From the NCBI GenBank assembly GCA_012295275.1, contig CM022668.1, positions 5,890,001 through 5,954,000 of the forward strand: a DNA stretch of 64,000 bases, in the 5' to 3' direction. This stretch comes from Chrysomallon squamiferum (taxonomy: Eukaryota > Animalia > Mollusca). A model generated the notes under the pieces. That model saw only the letters and a list, made by a program, of their open reading frames with translations, did no database searches and was not told where the DNA came from. This document shows positions 1 through 13,657 of this stretch, piece by piece. The translations under genes were made by a program, and so were the position numbers. Position 1 is the stretch's first letter, and each line of letters starts with the position of its first letter.

Positions 1-315
1 AGTCTGTCTGTTCTTCTGTGCGTGCGTGTGTGCGTGGTGTGTGGGCATGTGTGCGTGACTGCTTGAGAGTTAAGCGGGATAAGAAAGAATAAATAGTATG
101 CGGATGAGAATGAAAATGAGAGAGATGATACAACTGTTAATTGTGATTACGATTTTAAGTGTATCTAAGATACGAACAAAAAATATTTACCAAAAAGAAA
201 AAAATATTTTTCCACAGGTAAATTATTGTTTTATTTCATTTAAGCAGCAGTCTATCATTGTTAATAACAATTTAAGATAAAATAATATTGTTAATGAAGA
301 AAATAAATAAGTTAA

Positions 316-358
<43 letters not shown>

Positions 359-439
359 AAACGACCATACATTGCAATTATCCAAAATATATTTTTATTT
401 TCAAATCATCTTTGTTTTATTTCTTTAAACATAGATTTT

Positions 440-472
<33 letters not shown>

Positions 473-477
473 TTCTT

Positions 478-508
<31 letters not shown>

Positions 509-595
509 TTATTATTATTATTTAATATCTAAAGTAGCTTAGAATTTTTCTACAACAACTCGCTGTTCATCATTCAACTTTTTTCTTTTCTACAG

Positions 596-818
596 AGTTC
601 TGTCCCTTGGTGTTATTCGTGACGACAACATTATAATGCGCGTGCGCTATGACGGCGAAGTGACGTGGGAACCGACTGGAATATTCTACACGTCTTGTAA
701 CATAGACATTTCTTTCTACCCTTTCGACAAACAAAGATGTCAGCTGGAAATTACGAGCTGGGCGTACAACATCAATGAACAGAATCTCACTTTTCTAGGA
801 ACAGGCTTTAATTTGAAG
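596..818 (+). CDS. gene A exon: loop E, Cys-loop, loop B
   Basis: ttctacag|A GTT CTG...TTG AAG|gtgaaa; [26 protein letters not shown]...CNIDISFYPFDKQRC...FNLK. Confidence 0.92.
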
Positions 819-1293
819 GTGAAAGTTTCAGGAAAAGTGACGTCATAATATATCCATTAATTTTGCAACGAATTAAGAACCCGTGTCGGAGGTTGTCGAA
901 TATTTTTATGATGAAACTTATTTGTTAAGATGTTGTTGCTGTTGTTGTTGTTGTTGTATCTATAACTGTTACCTGACTATCTGTTCAGATCATAACATTC
1001 TTGTTGTCGTCTGTGACGTCCTTGCCTTCTTCTTCTTCTTCTTCTTTTTGTTGCCGTCCTTTACATTTTTTAAAATTATTTTGTTGTTTTGTTGTTGTTT
1101 TCTCATCATCATCATCATCATCATTATGTTATCATAATATCTTAAGTACCATCATTATATTTATCATCATCGTCATTATTCCCATTCTTCTTCTTATTAT
1201 TATTACTGTTGTTATTATTATTATTTTTAGTAGTAGTAGTAGTAGTATCATCATTATTATCATTATTAATATTATTATTATTATTATTATCGC

Positions 1294-1347
<54 letters not shown>

Positions 1348-3012
1348 TACAATTATTATTATTATTATTACTATTATTACTATTATTATTATTATTACTA
1401 TTATTATTATTACTATTATTATTACTATTACTATTACTATTATTACTATTACTATTATTGTTGTTGTTACTAACAGGACTACAGAGTGAACGGGGAGTGG
1501 AATCTCGTCTCTACTAGCACGGCTCACAGTCTGATAACGGAACAAGGCGAAGTGTTTCCCCAGCTCGACTTCGTCCTCACCACCCACCGTAGATCCACCT
1601 ACTACATCCTCAACATCATCCTGCCCATAGCTCTGACGTCAGTCCTCAGCGTCGTGGTCTTCATCCTGCCGTTCGAGTGCGGAGAGAAGGTGTCCTACGC
1701 GCTCACTGTCCTACTGTCCTACGCCGTACTGCTCACCATTGTTGCTGCTGAAATGCCGCCGATCTCCAACAATGTGTCGATTCTTGGTGAGTTTGTATGA
1801 GTCCGTCTGTGCGTGCTTGTGTCTGTGTATGTGTAGATGTGTGCGTGTATTTGTGTATGTTTTTGGATGGGTGTATGTTTGTGTCTATATATATATATAT
1901 ATATGTTTCATAGCACGGATGTGTATCTGTGTATATGTATATGTGCGTGTGTGATATTCTCTTTATATATATGTGTTTTTTATAGCGAATAAGTGATATA
2001 AGTAATACTAAAACAACAACAACAGCAACAATAACAGTAAAAACAACAACAAAAACAATAAAAAGTAAAAATAACAAAAGCAACTACAGCATTATCATCA
2101 TTAAAATCTGCTACGATTACAATAATGACGATAACGATGATATTAATATAATAATATGATGATACAAATAATAAGAGAAACTATAAGACAGTGTCTATAC
2201 ATGTTATCTTCTAAGCCGCAAGAATAATGACAGCAATATAAATGTATTTTTCATTATTTTATTCAGTTTTATTATTTTGTTTATTTACTCACTCATTAAT
2301 TTACTCATTACTTATGTTCTTATTTATTTATTTATTTAATTTAATTTAATTTAATTTAATTTAATTTAATTTAATTTTATTTTATTTTATTTTATTTTAT
2401 TTTATTTTGTTTTAGTTTATTTTATTTTATTTTAAGTTAATATTTTTGTTTATTTATTTATTTATTTATTTATTTTAGTTTAGTTTAGTTTATTTTAATT
2501 TATATCTTATATATTTTAGTTTAGTTTAGTTTATTTTTATCTTTTATTTTTTTTATTTTTTTTTTTTTTATTTGCTTGTTTATTTTTCAGCTGTGTATCT
2601 GGCTTTGATTCTGATAGTTGGAGCTACAGCTACTTTTCTGACTGTTGTAAATCTTTTCATCTACCATCGAGACTCGAGAAGAGAAGTACCAGACATTTTG
2701 AAAACGTTCGTCATCAATTTTCTCTGTAAAGCAAGCAGCTGGCGAAAGCTGGAAAAATCTCTTCCGAAACCCACTCAAAACCGAGTGCTGCCGGAAACAG
2801 ACGAAACCGCGTTCACGAATTACTCCGAAAAAAACAAGAACGCCAATCACGTGACAGGAAGCGACGACGAAAAGGAGGCCGAGTTTTATTCGTGGATGGA
2901 AATCGCGTCCATGTTTGATGCTTTTTATTTCCGTTTGTTTACGGCTTTTGTTTTGATAATCACGTTGTTGTTCTTCACCTATCTGCCTATTGGCGGTTCT
3001 CTAAGCGTTTGA
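596..3012 (+). CDS. Cys-loop ligand-gated ion channel, nAChR-like subunit, gene A (5' part upstream of window); join(596..818,1477..1786,2591..3012)
   Basis: Cys-loop C-NIDISFYPFDKQR-C, loop B TSWAY, M1 [10 protein letters not shown]1-M2 [19 protein letters not shown]3 [11 protein letters not shown]4 FDAFYFRLFTAFVLII. AG/GT sites give consistent phases. The first two exon lengths (223, 310 nt) equal those of the gene B counterparts. Confidence 0.93.
1477..1786 (+). CDS. gene A exon: loop C, M1, M2
   Basis: ctaacag|GAC TAC...CTT G|gtgagt; DYRVNGEW...[12 protein letters not shown]...VSIL. Confidence 0.93.
2591..3012 (+). CDS. gene A last exon: M3, short cytoplasmic loop, M4, stop
   Basis: tttttcag|CT GTG TAT...GTT TGA; open through M4. 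Confidence 0.92.
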
Positions 3013-3563
3013 TGAGTGTTTTAAAAGTTTTTTCTTTCACGTTAACAGACAAAGACAAACGTTTGTTAAAAACACTAATCCTGGGTATAAATAAACTGCT
3101 ATACTTTCAAGTTATCATTACATTGTTTTGTTTTCTCTCCTAATAAAATATAACAATATATTATTACTGTTGTAAAAAGCATCACGCTGCTATTTTGTCT
3201 CTTTAGAAATGAAGTCGTAACGTGATGGAAACAGATAAATGTGTTTGTTGTTCTAGAACAAACGTAGACCAGACCAGAGCGGTATGTTTGTTATGACGTC
3301 ATCAGTACAGAAAAACAGAAAGGAAGACGCCCAGATTTGTTTTAAACTGTACTTTCTTCTTCTTCTTCTTCTTCTTCTTCTTCTTCTTCTCCTTCTTCTT
3401 CTTCTTCTCCTTCTTCTTCTTATTATTATTATCATTATATTTATTATTGTTATTATTGTCATTATTATTATTATTGTCAGTGTTATTGTTGTTTTATTAT
3501 TATTGTTATTGTGATTATTGTTGTTGTTGTTGTTATTATTATTGCAATCATTATTATTATTGA

Positions 3564-3631
<68 letters not shown>

Positions 3632-4062
3632 GACTCTAAAACATTTACCATTCAAACACAACTTGGCTGTCTTGTATCTTACACTTCATTCACATTATTA
3701 AATGTTGTATTAAAAATTATTCTATGGTTCTCAGGGTTGTTTATAACCTGTTAAATTCTTATCTCAGATCTGTAATAACTGTCAATGTTTTTTTTACTAG
3801 TAAACACTTGAAAAACCTCGCATCATTTGGTGACTGAAAAATAAAAACACAATGATGACGCCGCTGACTTGAGTTTTCTTTGTTTATTAATATAAACTAA
3901 AAAACAACAACATGTTAACAAAATAAATGTTTCTAAATATCTGATGCGCTGGTTTTTCGTCTCTTTGTCTCTCATTGTCTGATTATATATCTGTCTCTCT
4001 ATCTGTCTCTCTTCCTCTCTATCTCAGTCTGTCTTTCTCTTTCTAGTCACTTTCTTTCAATC

Positions 4063-4134
<72 letters not shown>

Positions 4135-4758
4135 CTCTTTGACGGTTTCTCTCTCTATCAATCTGTACATTTATATATGTTTCTCTAATTTTCGCTCTGT
4201 ATGTCTATCTATCTATGTATATACATATATCAGTATCTGTGTCTGTCTTGCTTTCTATCCTTCTATCTATCCATCCATCTATCTATTTCTCCATCTATCT
4301 GTCTATACATCCATGTATCTCTTTCTCTCTATCTCTGTCTCTTTCTCTCACTTAGCTGTCTACATTTTTGTGTATATATTATATTCTCCTCTCCAGTTTT
4401 GTATTTTTACCTATACCATTGTACTGGACAAAAACGAAGCTCGTATTCTACATTGTCTTTGAACTTACGTCTGACGTAAGCTGTTGTTAAGTTTTGCGTA
4501 ATTTCACATCGCTTCTGCGTAACTTTCATAATCCTCTCTTGAACGAGTAAAACGTGTGGCTGGCGCCTGAAGTATTACTAATTATAAATCAGTTGATCTT
4601 CGAACAGTCTTTAATAATCACCGTCTGTATATAACGACTACAGTTCATTTATTGTTTTGTGTCAGATGACAGCATACGTCGTAAACTATGTTGATAAAGA
4701 CTTGTATTCACCTTACTTAAGAAATGTTATCAGGGTTCGCCAAGAAATATTACATGAT

Positions 4759-4884
<126 letters not shown>

Positions 4885-4946
4885 AAATGAAGTCGAAATT
4901 TTTGAGAGAGTAAGAGAGAGACAGAATGACAAATGGAGGAGAAATT

Positions 4947-5025
<79 letters not shown>

Positions 5026-5751
5026 CTTCGTTATTTTAATCTGTTGTTGTGACTGAAGCCACTACTCTGATTCGAACCCAGGACCAACTGTTTCTAATAC
5101 GGGATAATTCAGTGAATGGTGAAACGTGCCTGTACATGAAGGTAGTTTATTAATTACTATGGCGTGTAGTTGGTTGCTATTGGCAATGACGTGTTTTCGT
5201 CAGGTCTGTTAACTTCTGAATTGTGTTTAATAAATATTTAAATCTGTGACACTAATCTGTTTTCTGATTTGTTTGTAGGCCTGTTGTAGTAGTTGTTGTT
5301 GTAAAATATTGGTTGTAGTAGAAGTAGCAGTATTATAATAATACTAGTAAAAGTAGTAGTAATAGTAATCGTGATAGTAGTAGTGTTAATATTAAAGTAG
5401 TAATATAAAATAATAGTAATTATAATAGTAGTTGTAGTAGTAGTAGTAGTAATTGTAGTAGAAGCAGCGGCAGTAGCAGTAGTAGTAATAGTGGTGGTAG
5501 TAGTAGGGTGGTAATAGTAGTAGTAGTAGTAGTAGTAGTATGGTAACATATATCACTTGTTACATTACTATGAAAAAATAGCTGTAGTTGTAGGAGAAAC
5601 TGCAACAGCAGCAGCAGTAGTAGTAATAGTAGTAGTAGTAGCAGTGATAGTAGTAGTAGTAGTAGTAGTATAGTAGCATATATCATCTGCTATTATGAAA
5701 AAAGGTAGTTCTTGTTGTAGTGATAGTAACAGTACTAAATTATTAAATAAT

Positions 5752-5785
<34 letters not shown>

Positions 5786-6078
5786 TCTGCACGTTTTTTA
5801 ACAGATCTGTTCACGTTTTCATCACAAACAGACAATTACAGGAAATACTTAATTGTAATTAATTACAGCTTGTGTGCTTGATTAGAACGACTCACAGGTC
5901 GGCAGAGGTCAAATGCGCATTGGCTGATTTTGATGTTTGTTTCGCGAACGTTAATTCGATAGCAACAAGCCTTGTCATGTTGTGGATATTGATCTGCACC
6001 CGTTTTCGTCTTCAAAATCAAGAAGTTAAACGGTTGGGTTTGTTTGTGTGTTAATTTTTCGTGAAGGTTGCGTACAAG

Positions 6079-6121
6079 ATGAAGGTGGTACTGTTGATCG
6101 TGTTACTGATCGAAAGTTTGG
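6079..6121 (+). CDS. gene B exon 1, signal peptide
   Basis: ATG AAG GTG GTA CTG TTG ATC...TTG G|gtaact; phase 1 matches the next exon. Confidence 0.8.
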
Positions 6122-6287
6122 GTAACTATGAATTTCTGTTTTTCATATTATTTGATTTGTTTTTATTTATTTGTACATTTTTTGTTTGCTGATTTGTTTG
6201 TTTACTTTTTCATTTTCTTTACTTTTTCTTTATTTACTGTTTCTTTTTGGTCTATTTTTATGTTTGACTGCTGATTTCTCAAACGTG

Positions 6288-6319
<32 letters not shown>

Positions 6320-6603
6320 TATATATAAGTATTAAAATATTTATAAGTTAAATATAATTGAAAGACAAACAGAAACCAGACGGATTGACACAAAATAATT
6401 ATGTAGGGAATCAAATAGGCAAATAACAGAGCGACAGACAGACAGACAGACTTTGATACAGGAAATTAATATACTGCTGTAAATAAACAGTTGAACAAAC
6501 ACAAATAAACAGTCATATAAGTTGATAAACAAATGAGTAAATAAATGTATAGACATTGAACAAATAAAGAAAGAAAGAAATGGTCAAATAAATGTATAAA
6601 TGA

Positions 6604-6687
<84 letters not shown>

Positions 6688-7950
6688 ATGTATGTATGTG
6701 TGTGTGTGTGTGTGTGTGTTTATACTGGACACGCGTGACGGAGTAAAACACGCATGGAATCAAACACTACAACTAATCAAATCTTGTGAAGCGAAAAAAC
6801 GGTGGACATGTTTTCGTCCTCAAACGCCTATTTACTCTTTGCGTTGACAAAAGACAAAAATATTTTTAAGTGGATTTTTTATGTCCGTTCCGTGTTATTT
6901 ACAAGCTCGGACAATCGCCTCGCTGCCGTTTGTTTACAAAATCGTCCAAAATGTTTATAGAACCGTTAGACTGGACAATGTCCGAAAGGAGGGTCAGAAC
7001 AAAGACATCCGTGTTGATTTCCAAAACTCCATGGAATGATAATAATAAAGTGTTAAAAATAATAAATGTAATCAACAGTGGCCATGAAACTACCTGGTTT
7101 TATTTCTACTTGTTATGATGGCTTGTCCGTGTAAAATCCAAAATGGATTTAATTTTTGTCAATTCGTTCTTCTTAATCTTCCGTGAAATATTTTTTATTT
7201 TTTATTTTTTTTTTTTTTTTTTTTTTGAAAACGTTATTTTGAAATCATTTAGACAGTTTATTTTGATTTTGATTTTAAAAAAAATAAGTTTTTAAAATTT
7301 TATTTTTTTTGTTTTTGTAAATTTGATTATTTAAAAGGATTTATTTATTTATTTATTTTATTTTATTTTATTTTATTTTATTTTTTGGTTTTTAATTTTA
7401 TTTATTTATTTATTTATTTATCTTATCTTGTTTTACATTATTTCATTTTTGTTTGTTTGTTTGTTTATTTTTCGTTTTTATTTATTTATTTATTTATTTA
7501 TGTGTTTTGTTTGTTTCTTGTGTGTGTGTGGGTGTGTGTGTGTGTGTTCGTTTCAGTTTATTTATTTATTTAGTTGTCTGTTTTTTCTTCTGAAATTTGC
7601 TTAAAAGATTATTCCAGTGTTATTTCGAAAATTATTCCATTAGTTTAGAAATTCGTTCAGAAATCGATTTGGAAAACTGTTGTATATCAGTAATTTAGAA
7701 AATCCTATAGAAAATTATTTAGAAAAATATTAATAGACACGAAAACAAATATTTAGAATCTACTACTTCGACATCCGTTACTACTACTACTACTACTACT
7801 ACTACTTACAATCTCATAATAACACTATATCACAATTCCTGTTTTCTCTAAAACCAAAAATAAAAGTGCTGTGATCAATAGCTAAGACGAAGAAGAAAAC
7901 AACAACAACAAAATCAACAATAATAATAATAATTAGTAATAGCAATAATT

Positions 7951-7986
<36 letters not shown>

Positions 7987-8254
7987 TAATGTGATAATCA
8001 TGACAGTGATATAATAGTATATGCTTCATATTAAACCAATTAATAATTTTTTTTAAACAGAAATGCAGTTATCACAAGGTGCCATATCCGCGTACGCTAG
8101 CAATGTCACGACCTTGAAAGCGGCTGTTTTGAACTCTGCGACCTATGACCGAAAGGTCAGACCGGAAGAGAAAATGACAATACAAGTCCGCTTCAACATC
8201 TTAGCAATCAACGAGCTGGTAAGTTTATTTATTTATTTATTTGTTTGTTTATTC

Positions 8255-8309
<55 letters not shown>

Positions 8310-10050
8310 CTCTAGCCATGATAATAAAGTAAATATATCTTTTTCCATATATCTAAATTATTCTTCAGTCTAAAGAAAGAAACAAAAAAACAAAAATAAA
8401 AAAAAATAAAAAGAAGACAGACACTATTGCCAAAACATCTAAACTTCATAATCTCATGAATATTAATCACAAAATTAACATATTTTTACTTTTCTTCGTA
8501 CAGAACATAAAAGGACAACATTTAAGCACGTCTGGCTGGCTGACACTTGTAAGTATTTCATTATCTTCCTTGTAAACAAACATAACTGAAACCAATTCAT
8601 CGCTTTAAGAGGACTGCCACCCACAGTATTTTCAATAGCAAAGCATAGGAGGAATGCCATTTTGGCGGTATACTTGTATTATTATTACTGTGTGATTTAG
8701 AAGACTGACGCAGAATTCGAAATCTTGGAGTCGTCTTCGTATCGTTACTTTATTTTTTGTCATCAAATACCTAAAACGTGTTTGATCAGTTATATTCGTT
8801 AACTGTCCTTATGTAAGCAAACACAGGTACAACAAATGCAGGGGTGTATGTGCGTGCGTACGTGCGTGATGGTTTATATACAGACATACAGCCACATACT
8901 ACGTTGTTACTACTCTGTTTTATTAGCAACGCTACTGTTATTGTTTCAGTAATATTATAGTCATTACATACTTTTACAACTACCATTACATCAATATTGT
9001 TAGTACTACTACTAGTATTTGTGCTATTATTATTACCATATCCTCTGCTAATTCTGTTACCACTGCTGCTGTTACAACAACCATTTCTACTACTTATGCT
9101 GTTACTAACTCTAGTTTCTGCTGCTGCTGCTACTACTACTACTACTACTACTTCTACTACTACTACTACTACTACTATTATTATTATTATTATTATTATT
9201 TCTGCTACTAATTATTACTATTCTTACTACTAATAATGCTTCAACTTTTACTTCTACTGTTATTACCAGTACTGCAGCTATTATTACTACACCATCACCA
9301 ACGCCACAGCTACTGTAACTACTACAACTACTACTGTTGCTTATATTAGAACAACTGTAAATATTTTCTTACTGCAGTTACCATTTCTACCCCAACTAAT
9401 CTATTACAGCTTTGCCTTTGTTAAACAGAAAAGTTTTTGTAAAAACAAATTAACGACAATAATCGTAACAGCAAACGATAACCAGACGAAACAAGTCTGA
9501 AACAGAGAACGCATTGTCAGTCAAACACTATCGTTTGTCATAAAGACACACACGTTTATTTTCACTAATGTAAAAACATAATTACTACAGTATTTTCTCG
9601 TTAACAAGTTTCGATATGAAGACAATAACAATAACTTTATTTTCAGTACCTACAAGTTCTCTTTCGTTTAATTATCATGGTTTAATTACATCTTAATTAC
9701 AAAATGGATACTTATTCAGGATTTGATATCAATCGTTTTAAGGATAGGACCAAAGCCACGGACACACAATTAAGCCTGACGACTTTTAACGGGGACATTT
9801 TATGAGATGTCGTTTAATGTTCGTTTTTGTGCTAATAATAGAAATATACCCATGACAATTGTAAATATGTACGTGTACGATGTATGGAGCTGATGCACAT
9901 ATATTTATTAATAAGTATGTTGTTAGGTACATATGTATATGTATATATATATATATATATATATGTATCTAGGTATGTATGTATATATGTGTGTGTGTAT
10001 ATGTATGTTTGTATATGCATATGTATGTACATGTTTGTGTTTTTTGTTAG

Positions 10051-10090
<40 letters not shown>

Positions 10091-10685
10091 AATATAAATA
10101 TATGAATGTATTATACCTATATGTACGTGTGTCTTGTACATGTGTGTGACGTTCGTGCATGCTATTTTTATATAAGTACCTTGTTGTGTCGCTCTAGTTT
10201 TGTCTGTGTCTTTCTATCTTTCTCGCTCTTTCTCTTTATGTATGTGTGCCTATGCTTGTGTGCGTATATGTGTGTGTGTGTGTGTGTTTGCGTGTGTGTG
10301 TGTTTGTCTCTGTGTGTGTGGTCAAACATTATATTGATGACACTATATTAGATATAAATGTTTTATTGCAGAAGTGGAAAGATTCACGTTTACAGTGGAC
10401 ACAGGCAGGAAATCCTACTTACTTTTTTGAAGACGACAAAAATCTTTGGGTCCCTGAATTGATGGTTGACAACTCGTAAGTAATTTTATACGCACACACA
10501 TGCGCGCGCACACACACACACACACACTACACGCACACAACACAACACAACACATACACACAAACACAAATACATAAAGGTGCGCACAGATATATGCACA
10601 TAATTATTCAGGCACGCATATAAATATTTAGGTGAACCTATGTAAATTTGTTTCTGTATATGTTTGTATGCATGTATTTATGTAC

Positions 10686-10726
<41 letters not shown>

Positions 10727-10986
10727 AGTATGTATATACAGGGGGTGCAAAAGTAGGTATACAGTTGTGAAAAAAGAAAACACTTACAGTACTCATTGTA
10801 TTTATTATTCAAACAAAAAAGCTAATATAAAAATACATATATTTTTATTAATTTAGATAAAATATGGTTAATGACACTCAAAATAAGAAAAATGAGTCCA
10901 ACATATTTAATGTGTTACTAAATTCACTGATACTGCTATACACCTATTTTTGCACACCCCTGTATGTATGTCTGTCTGTCTGTCTG

Positions 10987-11072
<86 letters not shown>

Positions 11073-12115
11073 TTATATATAAACACACACACACGTTTTA
11101 TAAACTTTATTTATTTTATATATGAGTTCATTAATATACACGAACTGACGATTTCTCTTTTGAAATTATTTGTTCAGTAAATGCTGCAAGCGTTGTTGAT
11201 CTGATTACTCTAGGCAGTTAAAAATATATATAATAAAACAAAATTAAATTGAATTAAAAACACTTTTAACTACTTCTTTCAAGGAAATCTTTAATGTTGA
11301 AAAATCATTAGAATTAAAATAATAAAATCAAAGCCTATGAAACAATTTTTAATGTATGTTATACATCATTAGATATATTTTAATTGTATCTACGAAAATG
11401 TCCGGAAACTCACGATTAGCTGCGAAGGTGAATCTCGTTTGAGGCCGTTAAGTTGAAACGAGATTTATAAGCACAAATAATCGTCTCGTGCTACTCAAAA
11501 CAAAGCTAGGTGAACATCATCAGTGACGGCGTCAGAATGTCATCCAAATTTTGGGTCGAAAAATTTTACAAGCAAAAAAATTAGCGATAAATTCACGGAT
11601 CTGCACAAAATAAAATGTTCCGGATAAATATATCTAAAACAAAATATTAAGGGTTAAAGTTAAGATTAGGGTTAGGGTTAGGGTTAGGGTTAGGGTTAGG
11701 GTTAGGGTTAGTGTTAGGGTTAGGGTTAGAATTAGGGTTAGGGTTAGGGTTAGGGTTAGGGTTAGGGTTCGGGTTAGAGTCAGTATTCCGATAACTGTAA
11801 CATACAAATATATAAACGTGTTAAATCATTCAAATTTTAATGGGGCAATTAAAGAAGAGAAACTGTTTGTGCATAAATGTGCTGTCACGTGATATCAGAT
11901 TGTGATGAACTATTTGATGGTTTCCTTACGTTATCAAACAAACTGACGGATGAAAAAAACTTTGTTTTTAACCATTTCAGATGCATCCATATCTAATTTT
12001 AATCTAACTTTGTTTTAATTACTGTTGTTAATGTATATAATTTTTTTTAATTTTTTAAATTTCTTTTATTTCATTTTATTTTTTTATTATTAGTATTTTT
12101 AAATATTATTATTTC

Positions 12116-12154
<39 letters not shown>

Positions 12155-13572
12155 TTTTTTTTTTTTTTTCTTTCTTAAATATAGAGTACAGTCCCTTGGA
12201 GTCATCCGTTCTGACAATATCCTGTTGCGCGTGCGCTATGACGGTGAGGTCACGTGGGAGCCGACGGGGATATTCTCGACATCTTGCGACATAGTGATTT
12301 CTTTCTACCCTTTCGACAGACAAAGATGTCAGCTGGAAATCACGAGCTGGGCGTACAACATTGATGAACAGAATCTCACTTTTCTAGGAAGTGGATTTAA
12401 TTTGATGGTAAGTTAACGAAGGAAGGAAGGAAGGAAGGAAATAATGAATGGATAAAGACAACGAGATTTATATACAATGAAATAAACAGTTATGCAGACA
12501 GACAGACAGACAGACAAATAAATAAATGAATAAATATATAGGTAGGCAAACAGACAGATAAATACCTTTACCAACTGATTTTTGTAATTAATGCAGGTAA
12601 TATCAATCGTTATCATCATCGTCATCACCATCATCATCAACATTATTATTGTTGTTGTTGCTGGTTCTTTTTAATCTTCTTGTTCTTTTTGTCTTCTACT
12701 TATTATCACTATTATTAGTATTCTTACTGCCACTACTACTACTACTACTACTATTATTACAACGACTACAACTACGATTATCACTGTTATTATTATTCTT
12801 TCTACTACTACTACTACTACTTCAAAAACTACTACAACTACTATTATTATTAGTTATTACTACTACTACTTCTACTACTACCACTTACTACTATTGCTAC
12901 TATTACTGTTATTACTATCTACTATGAGTATTATTATTATTATTATTACTATTATTATTACTATTATTATTATTATTACTATATTTATTATTATTACTAT
13001 TATTATTATTATTATTACTACTACTACTACTGTTACTATTATTATTATTATTACTACTACTATTATTATTATTACTATTACTATTATTACTATTACTATT
13101 GTTATTATTACTATTACTATTATTACTATTACTATTGCTATTATTACTATTACTATTATTACTATTACTCTAACACAGGACTACACAGTGAACGGACAGT
13201 GGGATCTGATATCAACGAGCACGGCTCACAGTCAGCTTGTGGAGGAAGGAACCATCTTCCCTCAGCTCGACTTCATCATCACAACGGAACGCCGCTCCAG
13301 CTACTACATCCTCAACATCATCCTGCCCATATCTCTGACGTCAGTCCTCAGCGTCATCGTCTTCATCCTGCCGTTTGAGTCAGGGGAGAAGGTGTCCTAC
13401 GCGCTCACTGTCCTACTGTCCTACGCCGTACTGCTCACCATTGTTGTGGCGGAGATGCCGCCGATTTCTAACAACGTGTCGCTTCTTGGTGAGTATTTGT
13501 GTTTAGTGCGTGAGTAAATTAGTGAGTCAGTGAGTAAGAGGGAATATTATTTCTTTGTAATTGCTGAGTGAT

Positions 13573-13657
<85 letters not shown>

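Noticed and set aside
3090-3147. AATAAA polyadenylation signals after gene A (and 15339 after gene B)
   Set aside because: Plausible, but AATAAA is too frequent in this AT-rich DNA to call.
5056-5100. B-box-like GGTTCGAATC on the minus strand (similar at ~24479 and ~36747)
   Set aside because: No cloverleaf or A-box could be built; at most SINE debris, not a tRNA gene.
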